The notes under the pieces are model-generated. The model was not told the DNA's origin, made no database searches, and worked only from the letters and a program-made list of their open reading frames with translations. Both the position numbers and the translations under genes were made by a program. A stretch of DNA of 64,000 nt from Candidatus Thorarchaeota archaeon (GTDB lineage Archaea; Asgardarchaeota; Thorarchaeia; Thorarchaeales; Thorarchaeaceae): positions 1,678 through 65,677 of the forward strand of contig SOKL01000197.1 of NCBI GenBank assembly GCA_004376265.1, written 5' to 3'. Positions 18,271 through 25,283 of this stretch are shown here, piece by piece (positions within the stretch are counted from its first letter, which is position 1; every line of letters begins with the position of its first letter).

Positions 18271-18392
18271 ATCAAAATGAAGTGGCCATCAGCGAGCGTG
18301 TGTATATGCATTATAAAATGGAGATAAGTGACAGCTGTATAAATGATTATAAATACTTTTTGGTATTTAACCGGTTAGACATTTTTTAAATA
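18271..18392. other. candidate duplex-unwinding element between inverted ORB-like boxes
   Basis: 122 bp. Positions 18301-18392 are very AT-rich (tgtatatgcattataaaatgg...ataaatactttttggtatttaa...attttttaaata). Confidence 0.4.
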
Positions 18393-18416
18393 GTTTCTAG
18401 TGGAAGCAAGGGGGTT
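18393..18416 (+). promoter_or_regulatory. ORB-like origin recognition box (right, G-run pointing right)
   Basis: Plus strand reads GTTTCTAGTGGAAGCAAGGGGGTT, inverted relative to 18247-18270. Confidence 0.5.
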
Positions 18417-18427
18417 CAATTGGATTT

Positions 18428-18441
18428 GGAACACGTGTTCT
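18428..18441. promoter_or_regulatory. palindrome GGAACACGTGTTCT (copy 2)
   Basis: Part of the 20-nt ATTTGGAACACGTGTTCTAT, which is repeated exactly 62-63 bp downstream. Confidence 0.6.
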
Positions 18442-18468
18442 ATACTTCTTAGGATCCATTTCGCAACT

Positions 18469-18477
18469 TGTATTACA
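18469..18477. promoter_or_regulatory. TGTAWTACA palindrome
   Basis: TGTATTACA between palindrome copies 2 and 3. Confidence 0.35.
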
Positions 18478-18490
18478 AATAATAACATTT

Positions 18491-18504
18491 GGAACACGTG
18501 TTCT
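18491..18504. promoter_or_regulatory. palindrome GGAACACGTGTTCT (copy 3)
   Basis: Identical 20-nt context to copy 2. It overlaps the stop codon of ORF 18503..18949. Confidence 0.6.
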
Positions 18505-18949
18505 ATCGAATTTCCTGTACAACCTCATAGATCTTGAATTTTAGAATGTCTGCATACATATGAAAAAGTGCGTCGAACTCAAAACGATATTCAAAAGGAA
18601 CCAGTATAGCTGAATCAGCAACAGCCTCTGTACCGGGACATTCATCCATTAGACCTGGTTTTCGTTTCTGTTTGATTCCAGATTTTGTCTTCCAGGAATA
18701 TACATACCCATAGAGTTCCTTTGTAAAAGCAACTCGTCTTGCATTACTTTGTCTTGCATGTCGACAATCATAGAGATACAGATACGAAGTCAATTGAAAC
18801 AACCAAATTAAAGAACACGTGTTCTGATTTTGAGTGCTAGTAATACACCACCAAATACTTGGCCTGCACGGAAAAGTTAAAGGATAAGCAGCTTGGCCCT
18901 TGACATTGTCAACAAAATCTATCAGAAACTTGACTAGGGGGACAATCAA
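18503..18949 (-). CDS. doubtful ORF; only the C-terminal ~90 codons look protein-like
   Basis: The C-terminal part RVAFTKELYGYVYSWKTKSGIKQKRKPGLMDE..FEYRFEFDALFHMYADILKFKIYEVV is plausible. The N-terminal part is W/C/Y-rich and contains palindrome copy 4. No in-frame ATG follows that site, only TTG. Confidence 0.3.
   Translation of the reverse strand: MIVPLVKFLIDFVDNVKGQAAYPLTFPCRPSIWWCITSTQNQNTCSLIWLFQLTSYLYLYDCRHARQSNARRVAFTKELYGYVYSWKTKSGIKQKRKPGLMDECPGTEAVADSAILVPFEYRFEFDALFHMYADILKFKIYEVVQEIR
18812..18825. promoter_or_regulatory. palindrome AGAACACGTGTTCT (copy 4, perfect 14-mer)
   Basis: Read directly, 124-137 nt upstream of the LKR gene start at 18949. Confidence 0.55.
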
Positions 18950-20250
18950 TGAACCGGATTGGACTTAAGAAAGAAGAGAAAGCGTTTGAAACGCGGGTTC
19001 CAGTGGTGCCCGATCATGTCAAATTTCTACATGATAAACATGGCATTGAATTTCTACTTGAACCAAGCACTCAACGTGCTTTCACAGAAGACGAGTACCT
19101 CAATGCAAATGCTAGAATTTTGTCACTAAAGGGTAGTAATACATCAGTGGTTTTGGGAATCAAGGAGATGCCCATTGATTTCTTTGAAGAGAATATAGTT
19201 TACATATTCTTCAGTCACACTATCAAAGGACAGGATTACAATATGCCCATGCTCAAGCGAATAATGGACGTAGGAGCCACACTGATTGATTACGAACGTG
19301 TAATTGATGATAAGGGTCGAAGATTGATCTTTTTCGGAAACTGGGCTGGAATGGCTGGTATTTCGGATACATTTCGTATGCTCGGTGATCGTTTAGAATC
19401 ACAGGGTGTAAAACCCAATCCATTTGCTGATATGAAACCGACCTTTGAACTAGGAGGACTTTCAGAACTGAAGGAGGAATTCGCTGCTCTTGGTAGGCGT
19501 ATCAAAGAACAAGGACTTCCCGAAGAGCTCAAACCATTTGTTATCGGTTTTGCTGGTTATGGTAATGTATCAAAAGGTGCTCAAGAGATATTCGACATAC
19601 TTTCACATGAGGTCATTAATCCAGAAGAACTGGAACATATTCCTCCCAAATCAGACTTACTCTACAAATGTGTCTTCAAGGAAGAACATATGGTTGAACC
19701 CCGAAGCTCTTCTGAACAGTTCGACCTTCAAGACTACTACAAGAATGGAGCAGCAAAATACGTTGGTGTATTTCACAAACACGTTCCCTATCTTACCGTA
19801 TTAATGAATTGCATCTACTGGACAGAAAAGTATCCTAGATTGGTAACCAAGGAATTCATCAAGAATCATTGGAAACAAGAATCTCGAAGGCTCCAGATTG
19901 TGGGGGACATCTCTTGCGATGTTGAAGGTGCTATAGAATTCACCTTGGATTGTACAAAAGCAAACAAACCTGCATTCACATACATAATTAATGAGGATCG
20001 AGCCGAGATAGGTGTCGTAGGTGAAGGTCCAGTCGTGATGGCAGTTGACAATCTTCCAAGTGAGCTTCCACGCGAATCATCCACATCTTTCAGTGAAACA
20101 CTTCTTGACTTTATTCCTGCCTTAGCAAATGCAGATTTCACTGTTCAATTCTCCGAGCTTGAACTACCACGGGAGCTCAAAGATGCTGTAATTGTATATC
20201 AAGGTAAACTAACAGAAAACTATCAATATCTCAGTCAATATATTCCATAG
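18949..20250 (+). CDS. lysine-ketoglutarate reductase-type saccharopine dehydrogenase (L-lysine-forming; LKR domain homologue of eukaryotic AASS)
   Basis: Blocks that I recognise from the AASS LKR half: FFSHTIKGQDYNMPML, GNVSKGAQ, IYWTEKYPRLVT, GDISCDVEGAIEF, DNLPSELP and AVIVYQGKLTENYQYL. Confidence 0.8.
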   Translation: MNRIGLKKEEKAFETRVPVVPDHVKFLHDKHGIEFLLEPSTQRAFTEDEYLNANARILSLKGSNTSVVLGIKEMPIDFFEENIVYIFFSHTIKGQDYNMPMLKRIMDVGATLIDYERVIDDKGRRLIFFGNWAGMAGISDTFRMLGDRLESQGVKPNPFADMKPTFELGGLSELKEEFAALGRRIKEQGLPEELKPFVIGFAGYGNVSKGAQEIFDILSHEVINPEELEHIPPKSDLLYKCVFKEEHMVEPRSSSEQFDLQDYYKNGAAKYVGVFHKHVPYLTVLMNCIYWTEKYPRLVTKEFIKNHWKQESRRLQIVGDISCDVEGAIEFTLDCTKANKPAFTYIINEDRAEIGVVGEGPVVMAVDNLPSELPRESSTSFSETLLDFIPALANADFTVQFSELELPRELKDAVIVYQGKLTENYQYLSQYIP

Positions 20251-20261
20251 GAGGACAACGA

Positions 20262-21578
20262 ATGAAGAAAATACTATGTCTGGGTGCAGGTTTAGTAGCC
20301 CGCCCGTACATCCAATATCTATCAGACAATGATTTCCATGTCATTGTTGCTAGCCGTACAAAAAGTAAAGCTGATCGTCTAATTGAGGGATGCAATAATA
20401 CCGAAGCAGTGGCTTTCAATATTGCAGAAGATGATGAACTTCTTGAGGAGCTTACCAAAAAAGCTGACCTCGTTTGCTCTTTACTACCTTACACATATCA
20501 TGTGAAGGCAGCTAAAGTTGCTATAAAACACAAGACACACTTCTGCACTACATCATACATTTCAGATGAAATGAAGGCACTCGAAAGCGAAGCAAAGAAT
20601 GCTGGTATATTGCTCTTGAATGAATGCGGAGTTGACCCTGGAATCGATCATATGAGTGCAATGAAGATTATCGATGAAGTTCATAATAATAAAGGAAAGA
20701 TTGAAAGCTTCACCTCTTTTACGGGAGGTCTTCCGGCTCCTGATTCAAATAACAATCCTTACGGTTACAAATTGTCTTGGAGCCCACGGGGAGTGCTTCT
20801 TGCTGGCCGCAATGATGCACAATTCCTTCGTGATGGAAAAGAAGTCAAAATCCTTGGTTCTGATCTCTTTAGTAATTATGAACTCATGGAAATCCCTGGA
20901 ATGGGTACATTTGAAGGATATCCGAATCGTGATAGTCTCTCCTACATTAACATTTACGAAATATCAGAAACAAAGACAATGCTTCGTGGGACTTTCAGAA
21001 ATATAGGTTGGTGTGGCACATTAGACAAAATTGCAGACTTGGGTCTTCTAGATATAGAAGAACGATCTCTTGAGGAAATGACATATGCCGACCTCATGCG
21101 AGAACTAACATCAAGCAGTGATTCAGATGTAAAGACTGCAGTTGCGAAGGCTTGTGATATTGAATCTAATGATTCGATTATCGAACGTTTGGATTGGTTA
21201 GGCTTGTTTGAAGAAAAGCAGATTCCTTCAGGCACCAAAACAATCTTAGATGCCCTCTGTAATCTCTTTGAAGAAAAGATGCAGTATGCACCTGGAGAGC
21301 GCGATATGATTGTCATGCATCACGAATTCTTAGTACAATATCCAGACAAGAAACAGAAGATCACCTCTACTCTCATCGACTACGGTATTAAGAATGGAAA
21401 CAGTTCCATGTCAAGGACCGTGGCTCTTCCAGTTGCGATAGCCAGTAAGCTGATTCTAAATGGTGAGATTACCTTGACGGGAGTTCACAGACCCATAATA
21501 CCAGAGATCTATGAACTAATTCTCCAGGAACTGGAAACACTCGATATTAAGATGGACGAAAAAACATTTGATTTGTGA
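20262..21578 (+). CDS. saccharopine dehydrogenase (L-glutamate-forming; SDH domain homologue of AASS)
   Basis: Rossmann motif KILCLGAGLVARP, plus GVDPGIDHMSAMKIID, GGLPAP..NNPYGYKLSWSPRGVL, EGYPNRDS and GERDMIVM. Confidence 0.85.
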   Translation: MKKILCLGAGLVARPYIQYLSDNDFHVIVASRTKSKADRLIEGCNNTEAVAFNIAEDDELLEELTKKADLVCSLLPYTYHVKAAKVAIKHKTHFCTTSYISDEMKALESEAKNAGILLLNECGVDPGIDHMSAMKIIDEVHNNKGKIESFTSFTGGLPAPDSNNNPYGYKLSWSPRGVLLAGRNDAQFLRDGKEVKILGSDLFSNYELMEIPGMGTFEGYPNRDSLSYINIYEISETKTMLRGTFRNIGWCGTLDKIADLGLLDIEERSLEEMTYADLMRELTSSSDSDVKTAVAKACDIESNDSIIERLDWLGLFEEKQIPSGTKTILDALCNLFEEKMQYAPGERDMIVMHHEFLVQYPDKKQKITSTLIDYGIKNGNSSMSRTVALPVAIASKLILNGEITLTGVHRPIIPEIYELILQELETLDIKMDEKTFDL

Positions 21579-21622
21579 TATCAAAACGATGGGGTCTGAA
21601 CATGGGTTCCAATGATCCGAGT

Positions 21623-22249
21623 TCATTCCCCTACTCGCATCTGTATAGCAGCTAATAGTCCCTCGGCTCTCTCTGTTTCTTTCTGGACTTCTACAATTTC
21701 AGTCCTAAGTCGGTATGTATAACCAGAACGATTTCCATATCGTTCTAAATGACCTTTACCATTATTCCACATCCTAGCAAGGTATGTTGATGTAGTGCTC
21801 TTTGGTAGCTTTTCAGTGAATGAATCTTGATATATCTCAGTCACATCTAGTGAGGAGAACTTCCCATGTTTGAAGGATGCATAGATTATCACTTGCATCT
21901 TGTCGTAGTTACTCATTGACTCAAATCGAGTGTCTTCTATTCCAACTTCTGTAATCTCTTCGCTGACTGGTTCAAAGATATATCCAGTACTTGTTTCTAG
22001 GAAGACCTTGAACTTAACAAACATTTCTTCAATACTGCCACCTTTGACCTGAAAACTGGATTCTTCTCCCATCGTTTCATCTGATACAAGGATCTTGAAA
22101 TCAAATGGAGATTCAGTCAAAGCTAGTATTTTGCTGAACCTGTTAAGAGCCTCATCTGGTTTGACATACTTGCACTGAAAGATCTCGCGTAAGCCAGGAG
22201 CTGAGCTATAAGTGAATTCGTAGATATAATTAGTCCTGTCTTCTGTCAA
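21623..22249 (-). CDS. hypothetical protein with C-terminal winged-helix-like segment
   Basis: 208 aa. The C-terminus DVTEIYQDSFTEKLPKSTTSTYLARMWNNGKGHLERYGNRSGYTYRL fits helix-turn-helix plus wing. Confidence 0.45.
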   Translation of the reverse strand: MTEDRTNYIYEFTYSSAPGLREIFQCKYVKPDEALNRFSKILALTESPFDFKILVSDETMGEESSFQVKGGSIEEMFVKFKVFLETSTGYIFEPVSEEITEVGIEDTRFESMSNYDKMQVIIYASFKHGKFSSLDVTEIYQDSFTEKLPKSTTSTYLARMWNNGKGHLERYGNRSGYTYRLRTEIVEVQKETERAEGLLAAIQMRVGE

Positions 22250-22545
22250 ACCTTGTATCTCCTATACTTCTTTCTATTCACAATCAACTATATTCATTTC
22301 GCAAATAAGTGTGAGTATGTGAATTATCTATACCGAGATAAGAGCTACATAATGCGTCTGTACACATATGGGACTCGTCCACCCCGTATTTACTGTGCTG
22401 ACGTCTTGTTCAGTCTATTTGACCATAAAAAAGCATTATGAGCCCTTTTTTCGTCAATTTAACTGGATTCTCCATTCGTTTTCTTATTCACTAATCTATG
22501 GTCCTTGTGAATGAGCAAGTAAGCATTTCATATCTCTTCTTACCC

Positions 22546-22569
22546 GTTTCCAGTGGAAACGAAGGGGTG
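22546..22569 (+). promoter_or_regulatory. ORB-like box GTTTCCAGTGGAAACGAAGGGGTG
   Basis: Perfect dyad CGTTTCC-AGT-GGAAACG followed by GGGG. It matches 19 of 24 positions of the box at 18393-18416 and is closest to the textbook ORB layout. Confidence 0.5.
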
Positions 22570-22735
22570 TGCTTATTCACAGGCACCATAGCACATATCG
22601 TGCCTCCATTCCAGTTCTAAGGCGATAAGATGTTCCGTTTGTTACAGAGTGTTCACAATATTGGCGCCATTCACACAGATGTAGTGTGAATTAATGTAAA
22701 CATGAACAATATGTGAAATCAAAACACGTGTGTGA

Positions 22736-23785
22736 CTACTCCGTAGGGATTAGATAATCAGTGGAACGTTCACCTAGAACAAGCTGCATATACTGATCAT
22801 CATCTCTGTGGTCTGTGACCAATTCAAATCTTCCAAATGCTTCAAACTGAACGCCTGTTGAAACTTGTTCTGTGAATCTACCTCGATAGCTGATAAGCTT
22901 CTCAAGATTTGGTATACTAGTACATTCCACTTGGTATTCACAAGGTGTGAATATAGAATCATTACTGCCTAGCACTTTCCCAGATATTTTTTGATAACCT
23001 CTCATCTGATATGATAAATCACCATAAACATAATCGAGATCAGACTGAGTCTTTACTAACCTAATAAAGAAATGATAATCCCCTATCAAGCCCTGTAACA
23101 TCTTGTTTCTCTCTATTTCTATGAGAAGAGGATGCAAATCAGTATGTGCTTCCCATCTAAACAAAACATGATTCTCGAGTAGTTGCCCTGAATATCTCCT
23201 TACTTCAGGAATATTATCAATCTTCGTACAAATACCAGAGTAAAATTTTCGACACGCAGTTGATCCATAGATTACTAAGTCAATATCTGATTCCTTACCA
23301 GCTACACCTACAAGCTGAGAACCTGTAATTCCAATATTACTCCATTCAATCTCAGTTACTTCTACTAATTTTCTCGCGAGTACAACAGATTCCCTTTCTA
23401 GATGTGTGACCTCATCTGCTTCCCGCATTTGAGCTAAACGATCTACAGGGTCAAGAATTGATTCAATCTTCTCCTCTGAAACTGATTGCACAATCCTTCC
23501 ATGCGGTTCACTGTTCCATAAATACTCAGGGTATTTCTCTCTGAGGTATTTTTCACGCTCATCAAGATCGTACACTTTTTTGAATCCAGTACTCGATGAT
23601 TCTGATGGGACATAACGAAGGTATGCTATAATCCGATTTTCTGGGTGAACTACACCTTTTACCTCAAAGACAAGATTGTCAGAGGTTATGACAAAATATC
23701 CTTCTATAGGACTTTCAAGCACTGTAATCATAGCGGCCAATGTATAGCATGGTATTAAAGCCGCTTGTCTAATTATCCAAATCAT
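22736..23785 (-). CDS. predicted nucleotidyltransferase (Pol-beta-like NTase fold) with C-terminal OB-like domain
   Basis: Motif GITGSQLVGVAGKESDIDLVIYG (G-S...D-x-D). The start may be the ATG at 23731, since 23785 overlaps the divergent start at 23784. Confidence 0.5.
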   Translation of the reverse strand: MIWIIRQAALIPCYTLAAMITVLESPIEGYFVITSDNLVFEVKGVVHPENRIIAYLRYVPSESSSTGFKKVYDLDEREKYLREKYPEYLWNSEPHGRIVQSVSEEKIESILDPVDRLAQMREADEVTHLERESVVLARKLVEVTEIEWSNIGITGSQLVGVAGKESDIDLVIYGSTACRKFYSGICTKIDNIPEVRRYSGQLLENHVLFRWEAHTDLHPLLIEIERNKMLQGLIGDYHFFIRLVKTQSDLDYVYGDLSYQMRGYQKISGKVLGSNDSIFTPCEYQVECTSIPNLEKLISYRGRFTEQVSTGVQFEAFGRFELVTDHRDDDQYMQLVLGERSTDYLIPTE

Positions 23786-24992
23786 GACAGATAGACTTGA
23801 TATAAAACAAGACTTCGGTATCTATGATCAGAACCAAGATTTAGTCTACTTAGATTCTGCAAGTACTTCTCTTGTACCAAAATCTGCAGTAGCTGCCACA
23901 AGTAGCTTCCTGAACTCTGTCGTAGCATCAGCACGTCGTGGAGCACACAAGTTTGCAATTAGAGGTGGTGCTATTATCGAAGATGTCCGAGGTTCGTTGG
24001 CACGTTTTCTTGATACTGATAAGTCGCAGATATCGTTCCAAAAATCCATTCCTAGTTCTATTGGATCATTGATTTATGGGTATGACTGGAAAGCGTCTAA
24101 TAAGAACAAAATTGTAGTCGCGCAGAGTGAAGAAAATTCCATTTTCGTTACATTACTACGAGCTGCTGAAGTACTTGGTTTGACTGTTGAAATCGTACCC
24201 ATTGATAGTGAAGGGGTCTTATCTCTCGAAAAACTTGATGACCTGATAGATGATGATACCGGTTTTGTAGCAGTTGGTCATGTGATACCAGGATTTGGAT
24301 TATATAATCCGATAGAGGAAGTGACGAAAATTGTTCGGAAAACAGATGCTCTTCTACTTACGGATGCAACTCGATCTGCTGGATTTGATAAATCTATCAC
24401 ATCATTAGGTTCTGATATTCTGGTTTTATCTGCTAATGTGGGTCTGATGGGTCCTCCAGGATTAACCCTTCAATGGATAGACAAATCAGTAGGTGAATCA
24501 CATCGCCCTGGAATATTAGGGGGTTCCGCAGTTTCCGATGTCCAAATTGGATCATTCAAACCAGCTTCACAACCAGACAAATTCGAATCAGGTTACTTGA
24601 ACGTACCTGCAATCGCCGGACTGGGTGCTTCCTTAGAGTATCTCGTCGATCTATATTCACAAGGATTTACTACACACATAGAATCACTATCAAAGTATAT
24701 GTACAAACGACTGGTTGAACTGCCCAATATTGTCATTTATGGTAGACCTGATGAAAACACAACGATATTTGGTTTCAATCTCAATCCTGAAATTGTTAAT
24801 TGTCATGATATCGCCTTGTTTCTTGATGAATCAAATGTGGCTGTCAGAAGTGGTCTCATCTGTGCCCACCCTCTAGTTCAAGCCGTATCAGCTGAGGGTA
24901 TCATCCAAGCATCAATTCATGCATACAACTCACTTACAGATATTGATCATCTGATGGATACACTTGTAATAATATCTAATCAATTACTATAA
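23784..24992 (+). CDS. class-V aminotransferase-fold / cysteine desulfurase-like protein, apparently lacking the PLP lysine
   Basis: YLDSASTSL N-terminus, TDATRSAG Asp block and Cys loop VRSGLICAHP are conserved. Where SufS/IscS have S-x-H-K, this protein reads LSANVGLMGPPG. Confidence 0.6.
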   Translation: MTDRLDIKQDFGIYDQNQDLVYLDSASTSLVPKSAVAATSSFLNSVVASARRGAHKFAIRGGAIIEDVRGSLARFLDTDKSQISFQKSIPSSIGSLIYGYDWKASNKNKIVVAQSEENSIFVTLLRAAEVLGLTVEIVPIDSEGVLSLEKLDDLIDDDTGFVAVGHVIPGFGLYNPIEEVTKIVRKTDALLLTDATRSAGFDKSITSLGSDILVLSANVGLMGPPGLTLQWIDKSVGESHRPGILGGSAVSDVQIGSFKPASQPDKFESGYLNVPAIAGLGASLEYLVDLYSQGFTTHIESLSKYMYKRLVELPNIVIYGRPDENTTIFGFNLNPEIVNCHDIALFLDESNVAVRSGLICAHPLVQAVSAEGIIQASIHAYNSLTDIDHLMDTLVIISNQLL

Positions 24993-25283
24993 TGAGAAAA
25001 CTGGTGGATAGAACAAAAAGTACTGTACGATAACTGCAAGAAGGATTCCACTCAAAACTAATCCCTTTCCTTTCGCAGCATTTACTCCAGTAAACCAGAG
25101 AATTGCACCCACAAGAACAACTACGAAAGCAGAAATATTCCCAATGAAAATCAGAAAATCCCAAATCTCCATGAAATATCCTGCTATCAGATTAACGAAA
25201 TCAGTCAAAGGGCTCAGAAGCGAATGTGACCACATTGGTTTCACACAGTAATTTAGCATGCCGTGTGAATTTAAAGACCTCAA
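24987..25283 (-). CDS. small membrane protein (two hydrophobic helices joined by a short basic loop)
   Basis: ...NISAFVVVLVGAILWFTGVNAAKGKGLVLSGILLAVIVQYFLF. Start uncertain: TTG at 25283 overlapping the glmS stop, or ATG at 25259, 25235 or 25172. Confidence 0.45.
   Translation of the reverse strand: MRSLNSHGMLNYCVKPMWSHSLLSPLTDFVNLIAGYFMEIWDFLIFIGNISAFVVVLVGAILWFTGVNAAKGKGLVLSGILLAVIVQYFLFYPPVFSL

Noticed and set aside
22253-22441. 62-aa ORF inside the 486-bp gap at 22.3 kb
   Set aside because: AT-rich, Tyr/Phe/Leu/Asn-dominated translation with no start context. More likely non-coding DNA flanking the ORB-like box.
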